DNA of 64,000 bases, taken from Anthoceros angustus. Taxonomy: Eukaryota > Plantae > Anthocerotophyta. Location: contig VJWM01000011.1 in the NCBI GenBank assembly GCA_010909165.1, forward strand, positions 62,001 to 126,000, given 5' to 3'. Within the stretch, counting starts at the first letter, position 1. Each line of letters starts with the position of its first letter. Shown one piece after another: positions 49,400-61,745 of the stretch. A program made the position numbers and the translations under genes. The notes beneath the pieces are model-generated. The model saw only the letters and a program-made list of their open reading frames with translations, was not told the origin of the DNA and made no database searches.

Positions 49400-52300
49400 C
49401 AAAATTGTCTAGACCATGTGGCCTAGAAAACACACAACTTACCGCGTCCCCACCAGAAGCGTAGCTTGTCCAACAGCGGTGGTTACGCGAGGAGGAGGAA
49501 TGGCGTCATCTTCTAGATCCTCATCATCGATGGGTCTTCTTGTGCCTCTGTTTAGTAATCTCACGGGCGGCTTGAATCGGAGGCAACTGTTCTTCCACAA
49601 AGCGCTTACATCGAGGCGGCGAAAGCAGGATGCACGCCATCCTCATCCGGCATCCATGTCCCGGGTAAGCTTCTGTGTTGGATAATTGAAAAGCGGTAAC
49701 TTACGAAGTGTAGATGTGCGGTGGCGAGCCTCGAGACGATTGAAAGCATTCTTCTCCTCTCGAGTCCAAGCACGATCAACATGAGGGGTCCTCAATTTGT
49801 TGGTCGAATGTAAAAGCCGAGGCCACCCTACCACATGATGCCCTCGCGGATGGTGGAAAACTCGAAACCACTCTTTGAGAAAAATCAAGCGGCGAGGGTA
49901 TGTGTCTCCCGGTCGAACTCTGCGCAACCTCATCCCATCAAACCATTGATGCATTTGGAAGTGATCTGCAACTTCCTCCATGCACCCTCTCAGATAGCTT
50001 GTCGGTCCAGCAAGCGCTTGTGACCCCGGCTGGAGCTCAAACAAATCCGGTGTTCCGTGGGATAATGCTCCACCCTACTGTCATGGTGCTCCTCAACATC
50101 TGATGAAAATGTGAAGCTCGTCATAACTTCCGGTGGAATACCTCGTTCGGGTCATCTTGGCGGGAGTAGAAGATGCTCCACTTACCCGCATCTTCGTCAT
50201 CCACAAATTGGGGTCCCATCACGCCGCAAACCTTGCTTGAGTTGGCGGTCATAGCACACCACGGAGGCACTGATTCGATATCTCCACCTCGCTCGTGCGA
50301 GACCTCCTCCATGGCTGCATGCGGTGAGAACTACCACCCTAGGTGCAACCACGGAATTTTCAGCACCGAAAGGCCGACATACATGCTGTACGAGTAGGAT
50401 CGGTGCGCTCGGTTGCCTTGGCGGTTGCTCCACCCCTGTCGAAAAGGCGTGGTGTTCTCCTGCTGCGTCGGCAGGTGGCCGCTCCTTGATTGGGATTGGC
50501 TTGCCTCAAACTCCGCGGCTTTCCATGTTCCGACAAAGGATGCTTGCGCGGTCGTCCCTCTTGCGCTTGGTTGGGTGGCACCTCCTCGGCGACGCTTCAC
50601 CTTCCGTAATTGTGGATAGGGCGGTCTTTACGCCTTCTCCTATGCACGTATGAAACGGGCGACCATGGCGCTCCCTATCCGACTCCAAAGCAGTGAAACC
50701 ACCTTTAGAAACACGCAGTGAGGAATTCTCACCAGCGCCGATCGATGCTGCAACTTCCTCCATGCACCCTCTCAGATAGCTTGTCCAGTCCGGGCAAGCC
50801 AGACCCGACCGGAGCTCAAACAAATCCGGTGTTCCGTGGGATAATGCTCCACCCTACTTGTCATGGTGCTCCTCAACATACTGATGAAAATGTGAAGCTC
50901 GTCATAACTTCGGTGGAATACCTCGTTCGGGTCATCTTGGCGGGAGTAGAAGATGCTCCACTTACCCGCATCTTCGTCATCCACAATTGGGGTCCATCGC
51001 CTCGCAAACCTTGCTTGAGTTGAGGTCATAGCACACCTCGGAGGGCATGATTCGATCTCTACCTCGCTTGTGCGAGACCTCCTCCATGGCTGCATGCGGT
51101 GAGAACTACCACCCCTAGGTGCAACCACGGAATTTTCACAAAGGCCGACATACATGCTGTACAGTAGGATGGAGGTGCGCTCTGCTTGGCGGTTGCTCCA
51201 CCGCCTGCTGAAAAGGCGAGCGTGGTGTTCTCCTGCCGCTGTCAGCACGGGCTGACCGCTCCTTGATTCGGGATTGGCTTGCCTCAAACTCCGCGGCTTT
51301 CCATGTTCGCCGACAAAGGATGCTTGCTCGTCCCTCTTGCGCTTGATTGACGGTGGCACTTCCTCTTGGACGCTTCACCTTCCGTAATTGTGGATAGGGG
51401 GCGGTACGCCTTCTCCTATGCACGTATGAAACGGGCGACCATGGCGCTCCCTATCCGACTCCAAAGCAGTGAAACCACCTTTAGAAACACGCAGTGAGGA
51501 ATTCTCACCAGCGCCGATCGATGCTGCAACTTCCTCCATGCACCCTCTGTATAGCTTGTCCAGGTAAACGCCAGACCGACTGGAGCTCAAACAAATCCGG
51601 TGTTCCGTGGGATAATGCTCCACCCTCGGTCATGGTGCTCCTCAACATACTGAAAAGATGTGAAGCTCATCCATAACTTCGGTGGAATGCCCGGGTCATA
51701 TGGCGGGAGTAGAAGATGCTCCACTTACCCGCATCGTCATCCACAATTGGGGTCCATCCGCCGCAAACTTGCTTGAGTTGAGGCGGTCATAGCACACCTC
51801 GGAGGGCATGATTCCAAGATTCTACCTCGCTTGTGCGAGACCTCCTCCATGGTCAGCGCTGTGGTGAGAACTACCCCTAGGTGCAACCACGGAATTTTCA
51901 GCACCGAAAGGCCGACATACATGCTGTACTGAGTAGGATGAGGTGCGCTCATTGCCTTGGCGGTGTTTGCTCCACCGCTGCTGAAAAGGCGAGCGTGGTG
52001 TTCTCCGCCGGCTGCCGACGGGCCGACCGCTCCTTGATTGGGATTGGCTTGCCTCAAACTCCGCGGCTTTCCATGTTCCGACAAAGGATGCTTGCGCCCG
52101 TCCCTCTTGCGCTTGGTGACGGCACTTCCTCTTGGCGCTTCACCTTCCGTAATTGTGGATAGGGCGGAGTACGCCTTCTCCTATGCACGTGAAACGGGCG
52201 ACCATGGCGCTCCCTATCCGACTCCAAACAGAAACCACCTTTAGAGTGAGGAATTCTCACCCACCCCTGTGCATGCAAAGGTTCCTCTTCCAAAATGAGA

Positions 52301-52600
52301 TGCTCCCTCGCAGCTATGTGTGCCCAATTTCGTCTCTCGTTTCCAGTAGGAATTAGACCCTTGTCGCCCCTCCTGCTAAATGCATTCCTCTTTTCACAAT
52401 TCCTTGCACATGCAGAGCACTGGCTTCTCGCAACAACTCTGTCTGCCCCTTAGCATGTGCAGTATCCCGTTTTGTGAATTTGGCCCCAAGCATCTTGTGT
52501 CCTTCTTCTTCTTGACTGTCAGCTGCTTTGACTTCCGTGTGTGAATTTAAGACAACCTCGGTACCACCTTACGGAGCCACGTTCACACTTAGCACATTCT
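49400..52600 (-). CDS. Unknown accessory ORF downstream of PHD, element 2 (middle about 770 bp present three times)
   Basis: Reconstructed ..GKWSIFYSRQDDPNEVFHRSYDELHIFISMLRSTMTSRVEHYPTEHR..DWTSYLRGCMEEVADHFQMHQWFDGMRLRR..; homologous to 9000-10300. Confidence 0.65.
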
Positions 52601-52614
52601 GATTGCTCGCCATT

Positions 52615-52735
52615 CTCCTTCCGGAACACCGTCGGTTGGTTTGAGGCAAAACAGATGGTAACCACGGTTACACCTGTCACATAGCAACATGAATTCTTCG
52701 TCAGTTGTGTGCCCACACTCCTCATAGGGCAAATC
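52615..52735 (-). CDS. PHD finger after integrase, element 2 (second copy about 54750-54860)
   Basis: EECGHTTDEEFMLLCDRCNRGYHLFCLKPTDGVPEGEW. Confidence 0.85.
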
Positions 52736-52739
52736 TGCT

Positions 52740-55700
52740 GGTGGCGTCCAGGTCTGAGGCACAGTTCGTGTATCCAGATCAGGCAAATGGCATGGAGCCA
52801 AATGCTTCATGTGTTCCTTGCACCTTCTGCCATCTCTTCCTTCAAGTTCAACCACACCTTGCTCACCAACTGGACAACTCTCGATAAGCCTCCACGACAT
52901 CTAACGTGCTTGCTGTTGCAAGTACACGTAATCTCGGATGCAAACTTGCGGGCTTTGGGCTTCCACGAGCCCCAGCGTATAAGCATACCTCGGTGGTCCC
53001 GATCTTTGGGCCACACCAAATTGTCCATAGCCATGGGAAGAATTCTTTGAAATACTTACGCTCGGCTTGAACCATGCCAAGCACACATTTGCATCTTTGC
53101 TCCATCAGCGAGGATGGAGTAAGTGTCCTTCACCACATTCGGCAACAACTGCGTTGCGTCCGAATAACAAAAAGTATGGTGAAACTTCCAAGAGCGCACT
53201 GACCACACCCCAACACGATGTAAGGAGCAATTCATCCCAACACTTGGGCTCCACGATGTGCAAGATTTCCTTAGTGCATCCTTGAAGGTTTGCACTAGCC
53301 TTTACGCCGAGCCATCGGCTGTGGATGATCCTCGATGTCCTCCATGATCAATGAGACTCCTGTCGACATCTAACGTGCTTGCGGCTGTCGCAAGTACACG
53401 TAATCTCCAGATGCAAACTTGCGGGCTTTGGGCTTCCACGAGCCCCAGCGTATAAGCATACCTCGGTGGTCCCGATCTTTGGGCCACACCAAATTGTCCA
53501 TAGCCATGGGAAGAATTCTTTGAAATACTTACGCTCGGCTTGAACCATGCCAAGCACACATTTGCATCTTTGCTCCATCAGCGAGGATGGAGTAAGTGTC
53601 CTTCACCACATTCGGCAACAACTGCGTTGCGTCCGAATAACAAAAAGTATGGTGAAACTTCCAAGAGCGCACTGACCACACCCCAACACGATGTAAGGAG
53701 CAATTCATCCCAACACTTGGGCTCCACGATGTGCAAGATTTCCTTAGTGCATCCTTGAAGGTTTGCACTAGCCTTTACGCCGAGCCATCGGCTGTGGATG
53801 ATCCTCGATGTCCTCCATGATCAATGAGACTCCTGTCGACATCTAACGTGCTTGCGGCTGTCGCAAGTACACGTAATCTCCAGATGCAAACTTGCGGGCT
53901 TTGGGCTTCCACGAGCCCCAGCGTATAAGCATACCTCAGGTCCCGATCCAGAAATTGTCCATAGCCATGGGAAGAATTCTTTGAAATACTGGGGCTTGAA
54001 CCTGTGCCAAGCACACATTTGCATCTTTGCTCCAGTCAACAGGGATGGAGTAAGTGTCCTTCACCACATTCGGCAACAACTGCGTTGCGTCCGAATAACA
54101 AAAAGTATGGATGAAACTTCCAAGAGCTTGCACCCACCTACCCCAACACGATGTAAGGGAGCAATTCATCCCAACACTTGGGCTCCATAATGCAAGATTT
54201 CCTTAGTGCATCCTTGAAGGTTTGCACTAGCCTTTACGCGGCCATCGGCTGTGGATGATCCTCGATGTCCTCCGTGATCAATGAGACTCTGCCTAGCAAG
54301 GTGAATTCACCTCGAAACTCGTTACCACAGTGCAGCGAGCACCTCTGCGACTCCCAAATCGGTGAGCACACCTGCAAAAGCTCTGCTGGTGTAATGCGAG
54401 GTTCTCTGTAAGAACGCTACTTCAACCCACTTAGAGAAATGCTCAATCATGACCATGCAATGTCGGTTACCTTGCTTTGTGAGAGGAAGCTCGGCATAAG
54501 GTCAACCGACCATCTAAAGAATAGCCCCGATTGGTAGGAGTGCAACACCACATCACAGGTGTTAAATCTAGCTTTGACGCATCACATGCACACTTAGCCA
54601 CCACCTTCTCGACATCGCATACATCCGACCGTCGTACTCTTCAACATGTGGTGTGTCCTCTTCACACCAAAGTGGCCAAGGGTTTCGTGCACCTTGGTCA
54701 CTATGCCCACTCTTTCCTCGGGACTTGGTACTTTCCTTACGAGTTCTCCTTCCGGAACACCGTCGGTTGGTTTGAGGCAAAGCAGATGGTAACCACGGTT
54801 ACACATCACATAGCAACATGAATTCTTCGTCGGTTGTGTCCACACTCCTCACAGTGGCAAATCTGCTGGTGGCGTCCAGTGCGAGGCATTCGTGTATCCG
54901 GTCGGGCAAATGGCATGGAGCCAAATGCTTCATGTGTTCCTTGCACCTTCGCCATCTCTTCCTTCAAGTTCAACCACACCTTGCTCACCAACTGGACAAC
55001 TCTCGATAAGCCTCCTGTCGACATCTAACGTGCTTGCGGCTGCAAGTACACAATCTCCAGATGCAAACTTGCGGGCTTTGGGCTTCCACGAGCCCCACAG
55101 ATAAGCATACCTCAGGTCCCGATCTTTGGGCCACACCAAATTGTCCATAGCCATGGGAAGAATTCTTTGAAATACTCGGCTTGAACCGTGCCAAGCATAC
55201 ATTTGCATCTTTGCTCCAACAAGGATGGAGTAAGTGTCCTTCACCACATTCGGCAACAACGTTGTCCGAATAACAAAAAGTATGGATGAAACTTCCAAGA
55301 GCGCACCCACTGCCCAACACGATGTAAGGGAGCAATTCATCCCAACACTTGGGCTCCACGAATGCAAGATTTCCTTAGTGCATCCTTGAAGGTGCACTAG
55401 CCTTTACGCGGCCATCGGCTGTGGATGATCCTCGATGTCCTCCGTGATCAATGAGACTCTGCCTAGCAAGGTGCGAATTCACCTCGAAACTCGTTCGTCC
55501 GTGAGCACCTTCGCGCAACTCCCAAATCGGCTGAGCACACACTGCAGAAAAGCTCTGCTGGTGTAATGCGAAGTTCTCTGTGGTAAGAACGCTACTTCAA
55601 CCCATTTAGAGAAATGCTCAATCATGACCATGCAATGTCGGTTACCTTGCTTTGTGAGAGGAAGCTCTGGCATAAGGTCAACCGACCATCTAAAGAATAG

Positions 55701-57320
55701 CCCCCTGATTGGTAGGGAGTGCAACACCACATCCTGGGTGTTAAATCTGGCTTTGACTGCATCACATGCAGCACTTAGCCACCACCTTCTCGACATCGCA
55801 TACATCCCCACGTATACTCTTCAACATGTGGTGTCCTTCACACCAAAGTGGCCAAGGGTTTCGTGCACCTTGGTCACTATGCCCACTCTTTCCTCGGGAC
55901 TTGGTACTTTCCTTACGAGTTCTCCTTCCGATGATGTGACTCACCATCTTCCCATGAGTATCGGCCACTTGAGTTTAGCCAAGCACCTTGATCATTCCGA
56001 ACCATGCCTTCCTTGACACTGTGGCTTGAGGATGTCTCCAAACATCCCTGACGGACTCTGTCAGCACATGTCCTTCTTCATGATCATCTATCCTGGCCAT
56101 GAGTGCCATGAAGCTGCTGGGTGCACCATCTACGTGCCCCTCATCCTGTCGAGCTCCTGTGACATCCTTGTCACTTTCCAGCGGATTTCTGCTTAGCCCA
56201 TCTGCATTGTGATGTACCTTGCCTGCCCTGTGCACGATCTCCATATCGTACTCGACAGCGGCCGCCCACAGCTAGCTTACCACTCAACTTCATGTTGGTC
56301 ATCACCAATGAAGTGGCGGTGATCTGTGACCGATTAACGCCTTCCATACAGATAGACCACGAAATGCGAGCGCCCATACGCGAAGACACTCTCCCTCATA
56401 TGAGGAGTAGTTCACTTAGAGTTGTTAGATCGGCTTGCATAAGCTATCACTCGCTCAACACCATCCGCACCATGTTGTGACAACACCGCTCCAATTCCGA
56501 TGCTCCGATGCGTATGTGAAAGGGTGATCAAAATTCGGCTGGCCAAGCTTCTCTTGGTCCAGAGATCTTGCCAAGCCAACTCCACGGTCTTGGTCCCATT
56601 TCCACAATGTCTTTCTTCAAGCTCATACAGAGGTTTACGTGGGCGAGTCCTTCATAAACCTCCTGTAATAGTTCACCAAACCGGAAGGCTCTAAGAGCGC
56701 TACATCCTTTGGTCTAGGCATTTGCATCACGGCTGCACCTTAGCCATGAGGCATGATGCCTCCGGTACTATCTCATGCCCCGGATACTCGATGCTGGAAA
56801 GCAAACTTGCATTTCTTAGGATGAGCTTTCAAACTGAGCTTGACCTCAGCAATATCTCTAGATGCTCCATATGTTCTTGATTGTCTCACGAAGACGGGAT
56901 ATCATCTATGTAGCAACGCACAAATGGCTAGCTCTAGATCCGCAATTCTTTGGAAATATATAGAAGCATTTTCAGCCCAAAGCGGCATTGTCTCCCACTC
57001 CCAAAGCTGGTCCTTCCCCGAATCTTGCACTTGTCTGCTCTTCAATCACAATTTGGTTGAAGCACGGCGGAAGTCCAAGCGGTAAAGAACTTTGCCTTAC
57101 CTATGGCATCGAAAATCTCGTCTGGAGTAGGCATGGGGTACCGTTCCATAGGAGTCACCTCGTTTAGAGGTCGGTAGTCGCCACACATCCTCCTGTCCTT
57201 CCATTCACCGTTCTCATCCTTCTTGAGCGGTAGGGGCCGATCCGGACATATTGAGAGCTTGATTTTCTTATCAACCCCGCTTGAACAACTCTTGGCGTTT
57301 GTCAACAATCTCCCATTCTC
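52740..57320 (-). CDS. RT, RNase H and integrase of element 2 (integrase region multiply duplicated)
   Basis: MCGDYRPLN, PMPTPDEIFD, VHHNADGLSR, TLGHFGVK, RWSVDLMPEL..IEHFSKW..VLTD; near-exact 473-bp tandem copies at about 52890-53835. Confidence 0.9.
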
Positions 57321-57649
57321 GAGGCGGTGCCTCCTTCAAGACGGGCTCTTCATGAGTCGTCACTACTTTGAACTTGATCTTCTCATACCTACTCCTTCCG
57401 AATGCAAAAGCACCCTTGTTTTTCTCAAGCATGTTGATGATTTTCGCTTATCTTCCGGCTCACATCTTACGCAATGTGCCATACATGAACCTCTTCGTCA
57501 CACTCTTGGTGGGATTCGGTATCCACCATCTTGAATCTCTCCGTGACTCATCTTCCTCTGCCTTAGGAACCTCTTTATCCTGCAGTAGTTGGAGGAAGGC
57601 TTTCGCTTCCTTCGCAGTTGGAGCAAGCTGTGCTTACCACCTCGGTACA

Positions 57650-58500
57650 AGTCAAATGCTGTCCAAGCATCCGCATCTTGCAGTTACAGATGCCCATGGT
57701 GCAGTGTCCTTCTTGGCAAAGCCCATCGCTTGCTCGCGTTCCTCAACATTGAGCTCTCAAGCTCATTCCCTTCAAATCCGAGAATCACACCATCTCCTCA
57801 CTGCGAAGGCATAAGATTGCGGTGTGCTCACGAGTTGGCCATGCCCTTCGGCTTCCCCTACTCGATTCACGGTAAAATGGCAACTTGTCCATCCTCTTCA
57901 CTGTGAGCACCTTCCCAACTCTAGGATGTCATCCACAACCTTCCGAGTTGTCAAATTCTGTCTTTGTCGAGCACCTCCGGTCCGACCACATTTGTCCGAT
58001 GCTTCGGCTGTGTGCATATGAGCCACACGCACGCGTCCATGATCAACTCATTGCGAACCACGCCCGAATCTCTTCATACAGGCCCTAACGGTGCGTTTGT
58101 CCATGGTCGCACACATTCTCCAGAATGTACCAACATCGTGGATTCGCAATCTGGACTTCTCGCGTGATTCGTGCGAGCTCAGCGGCCAACGAAACGCCTT
58201 CACCTTTGCCTCTGCCTGCTGTCGAAAATGTCTTGCATTCCCATCCCGCGATCAGCATATCCACCGGGCTTGACAAGGCTTCTAGCTGCCGCTTCCCAAC
58301 CAGGTTCACGTCTGTGGGCAGCTGCTCGGCGACCTCGAGCTTCCTCGCTCGGTAGTGTTGGATCTTGCGAACACGAGATTCGACCCTAGCGGCCGAATCT
58401 TCTCATCCTTTTCCACGCAGGTATATTGCCGTATCTTGACGCCACCGCAACACCGCTTCCAGCCGCTGCGATTCTGGCGAGCTCCAACAAATGGATGCCT
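57650..58500 (-). CDS. DNMT3-like C5-cytosine DNA methyltransferase domain within pol, element 2 (frameshifted)
   Basis: GIHLLEL..GVKIRQYTCVEKD (I-II); VDMLIAGWECKTFSTAG (IV; GWEC 58235-58246); WYILENV (VI; ENV 58112-58120); GSYAHSRS..TN (VIII); EEREQAMGF (IX). Confidence 0.92.
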
Positions 58501-59049
58501 TGACACCCACCTTCCATCGTACTAGAGCATCGTCGATCGTCGATCTCCGACTTGGCGGGCCTCATACAGGATCGACCTCTCGGGACATGTGTCCGTGAGA
58601 TTCCACGGTCGATCCTCCTTCCTTCAGGTTTCTCGAACCCTCGCTTGATCCAAATATTACGGCGCTGAGCACACGCTCTCTTGGCTTCGGCATCTCCAGA
58701 GGATAACTCCTGCGTTTCCTCCCACATCTCATGTCGATGCTCACTCTGAGCACTGTGGGCAATCATGGCGCTGCCTGTCATCCTCGTCCTGCTCTTGCCA
58801 CCACTCCTATTCATCCTTAGAGGAATTCGTGCAACATGCGTGAAATCTCCTCTCCACCAGAATGGTCTGTAGAAAGCTTCAGCGTGCAAGGGATCAACCC
58901 CATGGCGGGCGGTGAGTTCCGTCCGACCCCGCAAGACATCATATGTCTTTGCCGTGACCAAACATCTCACTTCAACGATCGGCATCCTTCGTGCCGAGCT
59001 TCAATTCAATCTTCACGGGCCTCCTCGTCATTCCCGACTGTTCCTTGGT

Positions 59050-60880
59050 ACTGCAGGTGGTGATGTTCACGCGCTCGGAGCGAGCTTGTGTCCGTCTGAC
59101 TTTAGTGCCTCCGCGTGCTCCCGATCTTGGATCCGCTCCGGTGTCTACAAATCGTTCGGAGCATAGCCATCAAAGGTCACGTCCGTCCGTGTTGTCAATC
59201 ATGGCAACACCTCCTTCACCTCGCTCCGGCATCGGATGCTCGCCACACGCCATACTAGGAAGAGATCCTGCGGATTCAAGCTCCTTTCTCACCATTCTCG
59301 CATGATGTTTTTGAAGTTGTTGCCCTTCACTCCCGGATCCACAAGACTTCTGCGAGGCACCTCCATGGCCTTGTCCAGAACGCCTCAACGTCTCGACCGA
59401 TCTTGACACCTTCGTGTGGAGTTTTCCTCGACTGCCGGAAACTCTCCGGCATCTTGGTCGATTCCGTTCGGCACTCCCTTGCGATGGCGCCTTCACCAAA
59501 GTCAACAACCCTTTTCTTTTCTTGCGCACCGCCATCATGCCAAACGCCTCATCTTCATCGAGTCGAGAACAAAATCCTCGCTGCTTACGCGCCATGTTGG
59601 CCATCTCCTTCTTGAGCTCCTCCACTTGCCCGAGGAGAGCCTTACGACTTGGGCCCTTGCCCTTCTCCTTCTCGGTGATGCAAGCTTGGGCTTGACTGGA
59701 TGAGCTTCCCAACACGCTGCCTCCATGTGACCCCATCGCCACAAGACTTACAGCTTCCTTGCCCTTGGACCACGGCTTGTAGAGATTCGCCATTGCGCCT
59801 CCACGGCATCGCCACACTTCACGGCTTGACGCATTGTTAGTGGCCTCTCCTTGGCACATGTGGTCTTGCCATGTCACGAGGGGCTTGCTCCCGTCTTGGT
59901 ACCTTGGAACAAACTCGGAATTCCGTGTCCTCCGGACCCGTCTTTGCGAAGGGCCCTTCACGACTCCGTGATCCTCCAAGTAAGCACAGCTTCGCATCTC
60001 CTTTGAGCACCTTCTCGGCAATTTGATAGGCGTCTATCAACCGATATCTCTCTCCCATCGCTCCATGCGTGAGTCCATCACCTTCCTTCTTTATGCGTGC
60101 AATGCGCCATGAAGATCTCGGCCTCCCTCATCGTCTTCACATCCGTGTCTTCCACGGAACCTTCAATCGAGGTAAGATGCACGCAATGTCTCGTTAGGCT
60201 GAAAACCTCGACAATTCTGGATCTTTTCAAGCGTAGGAAACATGGTGGTTAACTTGGCGAACATCAAGTCCACGGATGCTCGAGCTTGTCCTCGTCGAGG
60301 GGTGCGGTCGAACCAGCCCTCTTGGGCTGCCTCGTCGCTTCTTCTCTCGGCCACCTTGGGATCCCGGCCTTCTCATCTCTAATACATTAGAGCCTCACCC
60401 GCAAGGTAGGATGACATCTTCATGAACGCCATCCTGAGTGAACTCGTCCTTGTATTTCATCTTGTTTTCCGCCATTGCCCAACGAAACTTCTCCTCGAAA
60501 TGCAAGAGACATGCTTCCATGTTTTCCTGAAGACATCGTTCTTACTTGGTGTGAACTCAAGCTCCATTCTTGCAGACTCTCCGCTCCAATCGCCGAACTC
60601 TCTCCTTGTGACTGGCGCGTTGTCTCTGTATTGTTCCGGTGTCCTCTTGAATGGCGAGTAGTAGACGTCGTGCACTTCTCCGACTGAAGACGGCGCAGGT
60701 GTCCTTTCGTCAGTCCACCCTGATCTCAGGAACACCATCAATGGTTACTTCTCCTATGCACGACCCTTTGCGGATGTTGTCAAATGGCAAATTGTTCCCA
60801 CCGTTAGCCCAACCAGCTAGCGAAAAGTACATCCCGCCTCTATCCACAAACGGCTCCGGGCGTGTGCGAGCTCTTCTCCG
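59050..60880 (-). CDS. Gag and protease of element 2
   Basis: GHMEAACWEAHP zinc knuckle at about 59700-59740; FVDTGA protease motif with DTG at 59137-59145. Confidence 0.75.
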
Positions 60881-61110
60881 AGATTACGCTAACTCGGCAA
60901 TCGTGAGACTACCACACCTAAGTGTATAATCAATGGCGAAATTCATCCATCGAAAAACATCAGCCTATCTCTTGTCTCGCAACACTCAACCTTCTCGGAT
61001 CGTTGTCTCACAGGTTGGATGGTGGGCGACTTCCGCCTCTTCCTCCAATCTCCGGTAGCCACAGTCTCCTCCGATCAGTATCTTAGTCCCCAACAAGAGG
61101 ATTGTTGATG

Positions 61111-61745
61111 TGGTGAAATCAAGATGGAAAATTCTCCCAACGACAATGCAACGAACCACAAGAACCTCTAGGAGACAAAGACACAGCGAGGGCAGTATGG
61201 CTGTCTATTAGAACAAGACAAACATCAACAATCCAGAATCCATGGTGGGTGCCTACATATATAGGCAAAACCCCAGAGTTCTCGATGAAGTGTCCACCCA
61301 TATCGATGGTGGGCACTTTATAATCCTACTTTCCTTGGCCTTGAAATAATAATATTTTATGTGTTTAACAGCCTATTCGTCCTTTTCCTTGATTTATGAT
61401 TTTTATGTATTTTCTAATATAAATCGCTATCTATATGCGTCATAGCGCCTTACATATCCATGCATATAGATTGCATGCGCCATGACACATCACGCCACAT
61501 GTCCACATCACATGTCATCCTTCACCTCCATACGTATGCATACATGGCACACATGCATACATGGCATACATGTCATGTGCGAGGCCATCCATGGGCCATG
61601 TACATGACATCATCAAGCCGACGCCGGGCTTATGCGAGATGCTCGATCGATATCGATCATTTTATTGGGCTTATGCGAGATGCTCCATCGATATCCGATC
61701 ATAGAGTCTTAGGTGCTTTCTGTTTCCCATCTGTATGACATGACA
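61111..61745 (-). repeat. Element 2 5' LTR (X plus 5-nt terminal TGTCA)
   Basis: TG start, ends ..TTCACCA; TATATAT starting at 61263 (minus); matches 48551-49173. Confidence 0.87.

Larger units (their letters stand above)
48351..61745 (-). mobile_element. DNMT3-carrying Ty3/Gypsy retrotransposon, element 2, inserted into the chromovirus 3' LTR
   Basis: Termini TGTCATGT..ACATGACA; TSD CGCT at 48347-48350 and 61746-61749; same domain order as element 1 but a different LTR sequence. Confidence 0.92.
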
